NCBI GenBank assembly: GCA_963713045.1
Contig: CAVQKE010000007.1
Location: forward strand, 160,001 to 224,000
Reading direction: 5' to 3'
Length of the DNA stretch: 64,000 bases
From: an uncultured delta proteobacterium
GTDB lineage: Bacteria; Myxococcota; Myxococcia; Myxococcales; Myxococcaceae
The notes beneath the pieces are model-generated. The model was given only the letters and a program-made list of their open reading frames with translations, had not been told where the DNA came from and made no database searches. Of the stretch, positions 40,441 to 51,751 are shown piece after piece. The first letter of the stretch is position 1, and every line of letters starts with the position of its first letter. A program made the translations under genes and the position numbers.

Positions 40441-42039
40441 ATGGCGAACGTCTTGAGCGAAGCGAAACGGCAACAGGTGGTGGCGCTGGGGCGGCTCGGC
40501 TGGTCGCTGCGACGGATTGAGGAAGAGACAGGCGTCCGCCGGGAGACGGCGAGCTCGTACCTCCGAGCAGCGGGTGTCCAGGTGCGATGTCGGGGTGGCC
40601 GCCCGGCGGCGTGGCCGCCAAAACCGGCCACCAGCGACGGGATGTCCACCGACTTCAGGGCAAAACCGGCCACCACAGAGGGGGTGTCCACCGACTTTGA
40701 AGCGAAAGAGTGGCCGCCGCGGCCTGGTCGCGCGCCCTCGGCGAGCGCCTGCGAGCCCTACCGCGAGCTCATTGCGGAGGCGCTCGGACGTGGCCGGAAC
40801 GCGATGGCCATTTGGCAGGACTTGGTGGACGACCACGGCTTTTCGGCCAAGTACGTGAGTGTGCGGCGCTACGTCGCCCAGCTCCGCGAAGTCGCACCGC
40901 CCGAGGCGCGAGTCGTCATCGTGACGGCGCCGGGGCAGGAGTCGCAGGTCGACTACGGCGACGGGCCCATGGTGCGAGACGCCGAGTCGCGGATGTACCG
41001 ACGGGCGCGTCTCTTCATCATGACGCTGGCCTATAGCCGAAAGTCCGTGCGCCTGCTGACGATGAAGTCGAGCGCGCGCATCTGGGCGGAGCTGCACGAG
41101 CGAGCTTTTCGCCGGCTTGGCGGCGTGGCGAGCGTCAACGTCCTCGACAACCTGCGTGAGGGAGTCCTCAAGCCGGACATCTATGACCCGACCCTCAACC
41201 CCGTCTACCGCGACATGCTCGCTCACTATGGAGTGGTAGCACTGCCCTGCCGGGTGAGGGACCCGGACAGAAAGGGAAAAGTCGAGTCGAGCATCGGGCA
41301 CGCCCAGCGGACTCCCCTCAAAGGGATGCGCTTCGAGCGCCTCGAGGAGGGGCAAGCTTACATCGACCGCTGGGACGCCCACTGGGCGGACACGCGCATC
41401 CATGGGACGACGAAGCGCCAGGTGGCGGCGATGTTTGCCGAGGAGAAGCCGTACCTCCGGCCGCTCCCGGTGGAGCCATTTCGCTACTACGAGTACGGCG
41501 AGCGCACGGTGCACCTCGACGGCTACGTCGAGGTGGAGGCGGCGTACTACGCCGCCCCGCCAGGATGGATTGGCCGCCGCGTGGCGGTGCAGTGGGACGG
41601 CGTGCGTGTCCGACTCCTGGACGCGAAAACGGGACAGCTCTTCCGCGAGTACCTACGGCAGCAGCGAGGCCGCCATGTCATCCGTGACGAGGACAGGCCG
41701 TCCAGGACTCCCCAAACGACGGTGGCGCTCCTCGGGCGTGCCCATGCCATCGGGCAGCACATTGGCGTCATGTGCGCGCACATCCACCGGCAGGACGGCG
41801 CGCTGGGCATACGGCGAATACTCGGCGTCCTCGCGCTCGCGAGGAAGCACGGCGCTGCAGTCGTCGACGATGCGGCAAAGACGGCGCTCGAACTCGGCGC
41901 TCCAAGCTACCGCTTCCTGCGGCGCTACCTCGACCGACGGCCGCCGGCTCCGCTGACGCTGCGGCAGGTCGACCCACTCATCCGTCAGCTGTCGCTTTAC
42001 CGAGCGCTCATCGAAACCAAGACACAGGAAACAGAATGA
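40441..42039 (+). CDS. istA: IS21 transposase
   Basis: N-terminal HTH; QVDYG, LDNL and KGKVES DDE motifs; RIHGTT. Confidence 0.92.
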   Translation: MANVLSEAKRQQVVALGRLGWSLRRIEEETGVRRETASSYLRAAGVQVRCRGGRPAAWPPKPATSDGMSTDFRAKPATTEGVSTDFEAKEWPPRPGRAPSASACEPYRELIAEALGRGRNAMAIWQDLVDDHGFSAKYVSVRRYVAQLREVAPPEARVVIVTAPGQESQVDYGDGPMVRDAESRMYRRARLFIMTLAYSRKSVRLLTMKSSARIWAELHERAFRRLGGVASVNVLDNLREGVLKPDIYDPTLNPVYRDMLAHYGVVALPCRVRDPDRKGKVESSIGHAQRTPLKGMRFERLEEGQAYIDRWDAHWADTRIHGTTKRQVAAMFAEEKPYLRPLPVEPFRYYEYGERTVHLDGYVEVEAAYYAAPPGWIGRRVAVQWDGVRVRLLDAKTGQLFREYLRQQRGRHVIRDEDRPSRTPQTTVALLGRAHAIGQHIGVMCAHIHRQDGALGIRRILGVLALARKHGAAVVDDAAKTALELGAPSYRFLRRYLDRRPPAPLTLRQVDPLIRQLSLYRALIETKTQETE

Positions 42040-42798
42040 ATCTCGTCGAGCTCGACCACGCCCTCAGAAAGCTGCGCCTCTCTGGCATGGCTGCCGTCCT
42101 GGAAACACGGCTACGCCAAGCGCAGACGGACAAAGCTGCTCCCATCGACTTGGTCTCGGCACTTGTCACGGACGAGCTGGTGCGCAGGGCAGGACCGTCT
42201 CTTTGCCCGTCGCTTGAAACAGGCGCGCTTCAGAGACGGGGACCGCGCCCTCGACAGCTTCGACTTCGACTTCAATAAGAAAATGAACCGGGCACTCATC
42301 TACGAGCTGGCCACCGCCCGCTTCGTCGCGCAGCGAGAGGACGTGCTCATGCTCGGCCCTCCCGGTACCGGCAAAAGCCATCTCGCGCAGGCACTTGGCC
42401 GCGCAGCAATACAGCAAGGGCACCGCGTCCTCTACCGTGAAGCGCACATCCTCATCGAGGAACTTGCGGATGCGAGTCTCGACGGGACGCGCAAGGAATA
42501 CCTCGCTGAACTCGCCGGCGTCCCTCTCCTCATCATCGACGACCTCGGGATGAGAAAGCTGCCGCACACCGCCGCAGAGGACTTGCTCGAGCTCATCATG
42601 CGCCGCTACGAGCGCGGCTCGACGGTGCTGACCTCGAACCGCCCCGTCGACGACTGGAGCAAGCTGCTCGGCGACACGGCCGCGGTGACCGCGCTCCTCG
42701 ACCGGCTGCTCCACCACGCCCACGTCTTGAAGTGCGGGCCTCGGAGCTGGCGCACCAAGGTCAGCCAGGATTTGCGCCAGGAGGAAGCTGCGACCTAA
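42036..42798 (+). CDS. istB: IS21 helper ATPase (frameshift near 42188)
   Basis: LRKLRLSGM N-terminus; GPPGTGKS, LLIIDDLG, TSNRP, LDRLLHH. Confidence 0.9.
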
Positions 42799-42886
42799 AA
42801 GCAACCAAAACCAGTCTCGGACGCCGCCCGCTGGTGGCCGCTTTTGAGCCGTCCACTGGTGGCCGCTTTTGAACTGTCCACCGAGG

Positions 42887-42970
42887 CTCGCGCCCGAGGT
42901 CATCCTGTTCGAAGTGCAGGTAGCGCTGGGACACGATCCGCGGCTGTACGTGGGGAGCAACTTGGGCACG
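42887..42970 (-). pseudogene. Tyrosine integrase C-terminal remnant, interrupted by IS21
   Basis: KLL(R)HVQPRIVSQRYLHFEQDDLGRE, allowing one indel. It rejoins MRG.. at 40327 when the IS is removed and matches the remnant at 63800-63890. Confidence 0.65.
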
Positions 42971-43099
42971 GACGGACGGCCGACGGCCACCGTGAGGTGG
43001 CGCTCAGCGAAGCCTGGCGCGCGTGCCGGAGACACCGGTCCGGTGCGCGGCAGCTGGTCAGAGCGCTCTGAAGCGCTCGACCTCGCCCACGAAAACGAC

Positions 43100-44341
43100 T
43101 CAACACCAGGGCAAGCAGAGTTGAGTGGTACTAACCCGTCTCCGTGTCAGCAGGTTCCCGCGTCCGTCGAAGTTGCGGACGAGCAGCTCTTTCCACCCGC
43201 TCCTGCCCTTTCCGTCAGCGTTGACCTTGCGGCGCACATCAAAGGACTCAATTCGAAACCCTTGGTAGAGCTTCCGGATTAGCGGGTGTTCGGAGTTGCT
43301 GACCATGACGAAGCAACCCCGTCTATCCAGCTCGTGCACGCAGCGCGCCAGCCGCCGATGATCACCTTCGTAGAAGGCAGTTGGCAGATACCGAATGGTG
43401 CGCGCAGCGCGGCGAGTCAAGTAGGGCGGATCGAAGTAGATGAAGTCCCCCTCGGCAGCGTCTGCGCAGATGTCCGAAAAATCGCCACACCGCAGCTCCG
43501 CTCGCTTGAGGCATTTGCTGACCCGCCGCAATGCGCCCTCGTCCGTGAAGTTTGCCCGGATATCGCGCCCATAGGGCACGTTGAAGTGGCCTCGTCGGTT
43601 GACGCGGTAGAGACCGTTGAAGCAGGTCTTATTGAGGAAGATTAAGCGCGCCGCACGCTCAATCTGGGAAAGGGACTCGGGCGCTTGGGCTCGAACTGCG
43701 TGGTAGTGCTCGGCAGTGTTGCGATGCTCGCGCAGCTCCTGGAGCAGAGCATCCACCTGGTCGCGTATCACCTCGTAGCAGAGCATCAACTCGGGGTTGG
43801 CATCACCAAGCACCGCCGCGCCTGGCTTGAGCCCCAAGAAGAGCACGCCGGACCCAACCATGGGCTCGAAGTACCTCGTGAAGCTCGGCGGTTTGCGTCG
43901 GAGGAGTTCGCTCAGGACGCCTTGCTTGCTACCCACCCATTTGACAAATGAGAATGCCTCGCGCGTCTTGACGTGTTTCCGCACACGAGAAGGAAGAGGG
44001 TCTTGAAACCCGAACGTCGTCAGGACACCCCTTCGATCAATGAGACCTTCGAGCCCTTCGGCCGCGTAGCGCTGAGCCCAACTTCGGACTGTTGACGCTT
44101 TTACGGTCGCGCCGACTTCCCGAAGCGCTGCAGCGGGTTTGAGCCCCTTGGCAACGACAGCCTCGAATTTGAGGACCAACGTCTCGCGTTCTTTGGCTCG
44201 AGCCACGCGGTCATTCCAGGCAAACTCCCCAATCTGCCGGCGAAGCGCCGTCAGCTTCTCGTCCGTGACAAACGACGCGCGATCCCCACGCACTGGGCGT
44301 TTGCCCCTCCAACTGGAACTCTTGGAGGTAAAATCTACCAT
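43100..44341 (-). CDS. Dam-family (D12 class) DNA adenine methyltransferase with an N-terminal HTH domain
   Basis: KWVGSK, YFEPMVGSG, NKTCFNGLYRVN..FNVPYG, FIYFDPPY; N-terminal TVRSWAQRYAAEGLEGLIDRR. Confidence 0.88.
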   Translation of the reverse strand: MVDFTSKSSSWRGKRPVRGDRASFVTDEKLTALRRQIGEFAWNDRVARAKERETLVLKFEAVVAKGLKPAAALREVGATVKASTVRSWAQRYAAEGLEGLIDRRGVLTTFGFQDPLPSRVRKHVKTREAFSFVKWVGSKQGVLSELLRRKPPSFTRYFEPMVGSGVLFLGLKPGAAVLGDANPELMLCYEVIRDQVDALLQELREHRNTAEHYHAVRAQAPESLSQIERAARLIFLNKTCFNGLYRVNRRGHFNVPYGRDIRANFTDEGALRRVSKCLKRAELRCGDFSDICADAAEGDFIYFDPPYLTRRAARTIRYLPTAFYEGDHRRLARCVHELDRRGCFVMVSNSEHPLIRKLYQGFRIESFDVRRKVNADGKGRSGWKELLVRNFDGRGNLLTRRRVSTTQLCLPWC

Positions 44342-44558
44342 CAAGTCGGCATCCTGAAACGCAGTTCCTCGAAGAGACCTTCGAGCGCCGCCGAAACCAC
44401 CAGTGGTATGAAGATCGGCGCTGAACCCGAGCCCGGCACAGCGCCCGGACACTCTCTCCGTGTGGATGTGCGCTTTCTGGCCCAGGCGTTCCGGCCGAGC
44501 TACTTGCCCACGCCATCAGCCCCAAGGTGGCGGCGAGAGTTCGAATCCCTCCCGTACC

Positions 44559-47167
44559 TCAAAGGAAGTCTTCCATGTCCTTAAGCGATCGCCGCACCCC
44601 CTCGTCGTACTCCACGACAACCTCGTCCAACGGTTCTGCATAGCCAAGCGGTGCCTCGCCTCGCGCGTACCCGATGGCTCGGTACCCACGCAGCCGCCTC
44701 TCGAACATCCGCAGCAGCATCGGCACCTCGCGGTCGACGTAGTCGAAGATGCACACCTCGGTCTTGCCGGGATGGAGACGATGCAAACGCCCCGTGTACT
44801 GGATTAGCGTCCCTTTCCACGATACTGGCAGCGCCAGAAAAAGCGTGTCGAGCCGTGCGTCGTCAAAACCCTCGCCGATGTAGCGGCCGGTGGCGAGGAC
44901 GAGCCGCTCCTCATGGTTCGGGATGGCGACGAGACGCTCCTTCGCCTCGCGTCGCTGCTTGGTGCCCATGCCACCTTGAAGGACCACCACATGCCGCGCG
45001 ATCTTCTGCAGCCGAGCGCCGAAGTACTCGAGCTGGTCTTTCCTCTCCGTGAGGAGGATCGGCGAGCGTCCCCGCTCAAGGGCCTGGATGACGTCGTCCA
45101 AGATAAGCCTGTTTCGCTCCTCGTCAGCCGCAAGCGCCGCGTAGAGCTCCTGGATGCTTGGCTTCGGTACGCTCGATGTCGTGAAGCCCGTCTCGCGCAC
45201 CACGAGCTTGTGGGCAAAGGGCCGTTGCGCGGCCTGGCTCTTCGGATCGACGGCGAACCGCACGGGACCCAGCTGCATCTCCGTGATCGGATGGTGGCCG
45301 TCGCGACGCTGCGGGGTGGCGGTGAGACCGACGACGTAACGGCCCTTCACCTCCGCAAGCACTTGCTCGAACGAGACGGCTGGCAGGTGGTGGCACTCGT
45401 CGACGATTACCTGCCCATAGTTGGCGACCACAGCCTGGACCTTCCCCTTGCGAACGAAGCTTTGGATCATCGCCACATCAAGACGCCCGTTCCCGGTCTT
45501 CTTCCCCGCGCCGATCTGCCCGATTTCCTTCGGCTCGATGCCGAGGAACAGCGAGAGCTGCGCCAGCCATTGGTCGAGAAGCGGGCGCCGGTGGACCAAG
45601 ATCAGGGTGCTGCAGTCGCGCTCGGCTACGAGGTACGTGCCAACGACCGTCTTGCCGACGCCGGGCGGCGCAACTAACACGCCAATGTCGTGCTCGAGCA
45701 GCGCGTTCACGGCCTTCTGCTGCATTGCCGTCAGCTTCCCGCGGAATCGGAACCCAAGCCGCCTGCCCGCAACGCGCTGGTCGTCGACTTCCAGAGCGAC
45801 GCCGAACTCGCCTAGCAGCGCCTGCAGCTCGTCCTGACAGCCCCTAGGTAGGCCCACGTGCTGAGGGAGATCCTCAGCGCACGAGATCACGCGCGGCGTC
45901 GTCGCCGTCGAGAGGCGCATGCCCTGTTTCTTGTAGAACTCCGAGTTCTGAAACGCCGCGAGCCGCTTGATTTGATTGAGCAGCGGCGACGGGAGGCCTG
46001 CTTTCTCCACGAAGAGCTTCTGTGCGAGAACAGCACGCACTTTCGGCGGTAGCGGTTCGCTGATGACCAACGGCTTCGGCATGCGGGTGGGCAGTCGTGC
46101 CCATGGCGCGGCGTGGTCCTCATCTCCCGTCTCCGACAGTCGTAAGCCGGTGACGGATCCCTGCCGCGTTGCGTCACGCGCGATCAGATCGACGGTACCT
46201 GGGCTGATGCGCGTCACCGCAGCGAGATAACCCCATTGCCGGTCATCGGGATGCGGCTTCAGCTGGTCGTCGAGGAAGACGGAGTTTCCAGCGCGCCTCG
46301 CCTCGTACTGCAGTGGCAGTGCAATCAAGTTCCCGAAGCCACCTCGCGGCATCGTGTCCTGGCTGGGGAACAGGCGGTCGTACGAGTCCATGCTCAGCTC
46401 GTGCCGCCGCGACATTGTCTCAGTGATGAGGTAGCAACCCATCTTGCGCGCATCGCTCGCCGGCACGGGCGCCGAGAAGAAGAACCAGACGTGGGCGCCG
46501 TTGCCGGAGCGCGACTTCTCCACCGCGGTGGGTAGGCCGACGCGCTGACAAGTCTCGACGAACGCACTGACGTCGTTCGTCCAGGTGCTTTGGTCGAAGT
46601 CAACCGCGAGGAACCAGCACGTGTCGTCATCGAGCAACGGGTACACGCCCATCACGTGACGGCCCGTCAAGTGCTCGACGATCGCAGCGTCGTCGACGGG
46701 GATGAAGGCCTGGTTCGGGCACTCGCTGCACTTGCCCCCCGTTTTCAGAGCGCAGAGGCCGGGCTCCCACTTGTTCGAGCACGCAGGCGCATAGCCGGGC
46801 TTCCCGGTTTTCTTGCTCACGAATCGCGTCGGGAAGACTTCTTCGCGTCCACGAAACAGCGAGCGAAACAGCTTCACCTTCTCAGCGGACGTCTTGGGAA
46901 CCCGCGCCTCGAGCGCGATGGGAGAGCGCACGCGAGCGTCGGGCGCGACTCCGAGCGAAGCCAGCTCGGCCTGGAGCGTGCCGAGGCGACGTCGCGAATC
47001 GGCCTGGTCGGCCTCAAGTCTGCCGAGACGTGCCTCTTCCTGCGCAATGTCCCGCAGCAGGCCCTGGCGTCGTGCTGGCAGATCGGTTCGCTCGTCGTCG
47101 CAACCCTACTGTGCGGACTCTTCTGGGTCTCGTTATCGAGAACGTCTTGGCGGCCTGTTTTCCTCAT
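44559..47167 (-). CDS. SF2 DEAD/DEAH helicase with N-terminal primase-like (TOTE-type AEP) domain; 5' part frameshifted near 47064
   Basis: FLAVDFD, EKSRSGNGAHVWFFF, GNLIALPLQ; PPGVGKT, DECHH, GLTATP, GEGFD, QYTGRLHR. Confidence 0.85.
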
Positions 47168-47217
47168 GCTCGCCAGCGCTCCTTCCGCTTCTGGTTCGAG
47201 CCCATTAGTCCTTGCGG

Positions 47218-47237
47218 ATATGCTAGAAATAGCATAT
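47218..47237. promoter_or_regulatory. Palindromic operator upstream of the TA operon
   Basis: ATATGCTA-gaaa-TAGCATAT, 12 nt before the toxin start. Confidence 0.6.
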
Positions 47238-47249
47238 TGCCCTCAACTA

Positions 47250-47618
47250 GTGCCAGCCGAGTCAAAACCTATCGTTTGGATGGGGGATAGCCTGGGTGTC
47301 CTGCGCGGATTCCCTGACGAGGTCAAATACATCATGGGATTCGCGCTTCGGCGCGCCCTGGAGGGCAAGAAGCACGAGCAGGCCAAACCCCTGCGCGGAT
47401 TCGGCGGTGCGGGAGTCCTGGAAGTCGTTCAGGATTTTGACAGGAATGCATACCGAGCGGTGTACACGGTGAAGCTCCAAGGCGTCGTCTACGCCCTACA
47501 TGCTTTCCAGAAGAAGTCGAAGAGAGGTAGCGCAACGCCTAAGGCCGAGATTGACTTGGTGAAGTCCCGGCTCAGGATTGCGCAAGAAGCGCACGCAGCA
47601 ATGGAGAGCGAGAAATGA
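47250..47618 (+). CDS. RelE/ParE-superfamily (Gp49/HigB-like) toxin
   Basis: KPIVWMGDS..FP, KPLRGFGGAGVLEV, YRAVYTV, LHAFQKKSKRG. Confidence 0.88.
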   Translation: MPAESKPIVWMGDSLGVLRGFPDEVKYIMGFALRRALEGKKHEQAKPLRGFGGAGVLEVVQDFDRNAYRAVYTVKLQGVVYALHAFQKKSKRGSATPKAEIDLVKSRLRIAQEAHAAMESEK

Positions 47619-47842
47619 AGAAGACGACACGAGGCACCGGCAACGTCTTTGCCGACATCGGTGTTCCAGACCCAGAAGTTGCCCTCGTGAAGGCTCAGTT
47701 GGCCTCTCGCATCGTTGACCTTATTGAGGCTCGCGGGCTGACCCAGGTTCAGGCTGCTGCCATCCTCGGCACGGACCAACCCAGGGTTTCCGACATCGTC
47801 CGCGGAAGCCTGCAGCAATTCACTGCCGACCGCCTGATGAAC
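47615..47842 (+). pseudogene. XRE/HigA-like antitoxin, 3'-truncated
   Basis: GTGNVFADIG, LTQVQAAAILGTDQPRVS, FTADRLM, then abuts an inverted integrase fragment. Confidence 0.78.
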
Positions 47843-48019
47843 CGTGATGCGCGGGTCTGCGTGGCGGAGAACCTTCTGCACCACAGCCATCGGCACGCCC
47901 CTCCCGAGATAGAGCGACGCAGCAGTGTCTCGAAGGTCCTTCCACGTCAGCGGCCCCACGGGCTTGGGCCACAGCTTGCGGGGCTTCTTCCCATGCCTGT
48001 CGGGGCAGTAGCGGGCCAA
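47843..48019 (-). pseudogene. Tyrosine recombinase catalytic-domain fragment
   Basis: LWPKPV..WKDLRDTAASL..GVPMAVVQKVLRHADPRIT (HxLRH-like box and LxH box). Confidence 0.8.
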
Positions 48020-48055
48020 GGTGTCCGGGGCATCTGTACAGTTTCCCCGCGAGCT

Positions 48056-50798
48056 TCATTCAGTGCTGGCGAGCTTTGCTTTCCACGTCGCCGCCCGCGC
48101 GGCTTGCCCCGTCCCAGGTGCGGCCTTCTCCCAGGCCTCATAAAGCGTCACCAGCGCCTCGAGACACTTCTTGCGTGTCATGCTCTTCGTTGCGGAGAGC
48201 TGGTGCTCGGCCGCAAGGAGTGTCGGCTCGGCCTCGGCGTAGCGCTTCAGCCCCGTGAGTGCGCGCCCAAGGGCCAGCCGCGCACCGCCTACCAGTTCGT
48301 TTTCCTCGAACTTCGTGCGCTCGTAGCCTGTCACCGCCTCGTCGGCGAGTGTCTTCGCCTCGCCGTAACGGCCTTGGTCGGTGTAGGAGTCCGCCAGGCT
48401 GAAGAAAGACTGAAGTGTTTTGGGGTGTTCAGGTCCTAGGACTCGTCGCTCGGCCTCCAAAGCCTCCAGGAAGAGCTTGTCAGCCTCGTGGAACCGCCGC
48501 TGGGCCTCAAGCGCAGAGGCGAGGTCGTTCATGGTGCTCAGCGTCTCCAGGTGCTCGGGCCCCAGGTTTCTTCGTTGGAGCTCGACAGTCTCGCGGTCGA
48601 GCTTCTCGGCTTCGTCATACCGCCCCTGTTGCATGTAGAGGCCGCCGAGGTCACTCATAGAGCCGAGGGTATAGGGGTGCTCTGGTCCCAGGACTCGTCG
48701 CTCGGCATCGATAAGCTCTTTGTCGAGCTTTTCGGCTTCGCCGTAGTGGCCCTGAGCCGCGGTCACCTCAGCCAGGTTATGGAGGGCCCCGAGCGTGCTT
48801 GGGTCCTCCGGGCCCTTGACTCTACGCAACGCCGCCAAGAGTTCGCGGCCGAGCTTTTCGGACTCGGCATAGCGCCCAAGTTGCATGGACACGACGGCGA
48901 GGTTGCTCATGGAGTTGAGCGTATCCGGGTGCTCGGGCCCCAAGACTCTTCGCTTCACCTCGAAAGTTTCTCGGATGAGACCTTCGGCTTCTTCATAGCG
49001 CCCAATTTGCATGTCCACGACGGACAAGTTGCTCATTGACCTCAGCGTATCCGGGTGCTCGGGGCCCAGAAGTCTTCGCCGGGTCTGCAGAACCTCATGG
49101 TGAAGCTTCTCGGCCTCTTTCAACTGACCTTCTCGTATGCACACGTTCGCCAGTTCATTCATGGCCTGGAGTGTGTCCACGTCCTCGGGTCCCAGTGCCC
49201 CTATTCTGAGCTCGACCGCGCGCTTGGCGTGTTGCTCCGCCTGCGGGTAGAGACCGAGATTCTCGTAGGTCCCTGCGAGCGTGTACTCCAAGCTCCCAGC
49301 GATTCTCGGCTCGCTTCCCATATCCCGCCGCAGGGTTTTCCCGGCCGGCTCGAGAATTTGCCCGTCGAGGAGGTGAAGCGCGGTTTCCGTCGGATTTACT
49401 CCCGCGAGGGCCGTGTCAAGCGAGGCCAGATTCGAAGCGACGTTCTCTTCTGCTGCTCTCCGACGTCGGCTTGCCGCGGCTACACCGTCGTGCAGGTCCT
49501 TCCAGAGCGCGCTTCCCAGCGCCTGCGGCTTCAAGGTGCCGAGCATATTCTCAAGGAACAAAGAGACTCTCTCCGAGGCCTCTCTCTCTCGGTTGGCCCG
49601 GTCCCTCTCGGCATTGGCGCGGTCGCGCTGCAGAGCCGTTCGACGCGCCTGGACGGCCATTGTCACCGCGAATGCAACGAGAAGCGCGGCCAGTCCGGTG
49701 GCGAACCACACTCCTACACGGTGGCGCTTGAGGTACTTTTGGAGACGGTAGGCCGTACTCGCTGGCCGCGCTACCACCGGCTCGTGGCAGAGGTGTCGCT
49801 CGATGTCTTGGGCGAGGTCGGACGGGGTGCCATAGCGTCGGGCCCGAATCCTTCTCGAGCGCCTTCATGGTTATGGCGTCGAGGTCCCCCTCGAGCTGCC
49901 GCTGCAGTACGTCCGAGTCCATATTCCGATTTTTTGCGGCCTCGGCCGCTCCTTCTTTCAGGATGCTCAGCTTGGTGCTGGGCGCGGGGGGCTCATCTTC
50001 TTTCAGTTTTCTTCGCAGCTCCTCGTAGCTGGAGGAGCGCAAGTCTTTCGAGCTGAAGGGCAGTTCCCCGGTGAGAAGCTGGTAGAGAAGGACACCCAGC
50101 GAGTAGACGTCCGACCTCGTGTCCACGTCCTGGCCGGTGAGGTCCGCCTGCTCGGGACTCATGTATTCGAGCGTGCCGATGACGGCGCCCACCTCGGTGA
50201 AGAGCGTCTTCTCGGTAAGCCGGTAGCCCGTGGCCTTCGCAATCCCGAAGTCAATGATTTTGGGTTGCGCCTTCCCGTCCACTAGCGAGACGAGAATGTT
50301 CGACGGCTTCAAGTCCCGGTGGATGATGGCCTTCTGGTGAGCGTGTTGGACGCCCTCGCATACTTGGGTGAAGAGCTCGAGCCTCGCAGTAGTGGACAGC
50401 TTGTGGGTGTCGCAGTGCTCGGTAATAGGGACACCTGCCACGTACTCCATGACGAAGTAGGGCCGGCCCTCGGGCGTGCTCCCGCCATCGAACACCTTGG
50501 CGATAGCCGGATGGTCCATCAGGGCCAGTGCCTGGCGTTCGGACTCGAAGCGCGCCACCACCTGTTTGGTGTCCATGCCCGCCTTGATGACTTTGAGGGC
50601 TACCTTGCGGCGGACGGGCTCGAGCTGCTCGGCAAGCCACACCTCCCCCATGCCACCTTCGCCAATGAGTTGCAGCAGTCGGTAGGGGCCAATTCGCCTT
50701 GACGTGCCCGTCTCTGGAGCAACAGCGGAGGTAGGCCTTTGTCCACGGACCAGGGTCTCGTCCGGATCCGGGTTCTCGGAGTTCGAGGCTGCGGACAT
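48056..50798 (-). CDS. Ser/Thr protein kinase with TM helix and TPR (LGPEHPDTL) repeats; frameshift near 49845
   Basis: [24 protein letters not shown] and GTLEYMSPE in the 49551-50798 frame; TPR repeats in the 48056-49777 frame. Confidence 0.9.
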
Positions 50799-51751
50799 GC
50801 TTCCCCCTCCAGCGACGACGCTGAAGAGAGAAGGCTACATCCTTCCTGAACAGATCCGCGACAAAGCAGGCCCTGGCGCCCTGACTGGTTTTCGAACGGC
50901 ACTTTTCCTACGCGGCCGGCGTCGTCGCGAGGCGGAAACGAATCGGCAGTTAGAGACATTAGCTGACGCCCCGGGGCTGAGCTGACAGGCCAAGCCTTCA
51001 GCGCCGACACCCTGACACGCTCGCGCTCCTTCCTTCGCCGGGCCGACAGGTCGGCAAGGGGGCCGACGCGAGGGATCAGGCTACGGATTCAGCATCCGGA
51101 AGTTCGGCCCCCGGGATTTCCTGTTATTCTGGACCAAAGCCGAGGTCCACGCGTTCCGGAAGCGCACTATTTCGCTCGCGATGGCGAAGGCCCTGCGGAG
51201 GAGACCTTGGCAGGCTGAGACCAGTCGCGATGACCCCCGCCGAATCTATCCTTGAGCCGGAACCACTTAACCGCCTTCAGTGGGTGAAAGCAGACCACTA
51301 CCATTGGCACGCACACGACGTGGAACTCGGATGTGCGTTCCGCGTCCGGCGCTCCACCGACGGGCACTTATTCGTTGTCCTCTGGTGCGACACGACGGGC
51401 ACGCGGGCCGGCAACGCGACCACCACCACCCTCTCACAGGCTAAGCAGGTGGCGGAAGAAGTGCGTCGGGGCGGGCCCGGTCATTTCGGGTGCTAGAGAC
51501 CCGTCCCGCATGGCCGTCCTTGGCTCGGGGACCGGCCGGTGGACTCCACGGCCGGCGCCTGTCGGGCCCGTGGTTCAGAACAGGCCTCTCGGTCAGTCGG
51601 CGACAGACGACATGAAGCATTAGCGCTGGCGCCTCCTGCTGATCCATCGCGGGAGGCGATGAACCAGTCGTACACGTTCAGTTCGCGGACCTCTGGGCCA
51701 GGGCTGACAAATCGCATCGCGTCACAAGACTTCTGGGCCGGGACGCCTCGC

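Larger units (their letters stand above)
40332..42886 (+). mobile_element. IS21-family insertion sequence (~2.55 kb)
   Basis: Terminal IRs CCTCGGTGGACA.. / ..TGTCCACCGAGG with sub-terminal repeats; 4-bp CTCG duplication (40328-31, 42887-90); istA and istB. Confidence 0.92.

Noticed and set aside
40021..41514. Long antisense ORFs (e.g. 40021-41514, 6513-7829, 3223-4392, 49055-50056)
   Set aside because: These are shadows of real genes on the opposite strand, typical of high-GC DNA.
44000..44341. Separate IS transposase next to the methylase
   Set aside because: Only an HTH-like segment, in frame with the MTase; no DDE domain or IRs seen.
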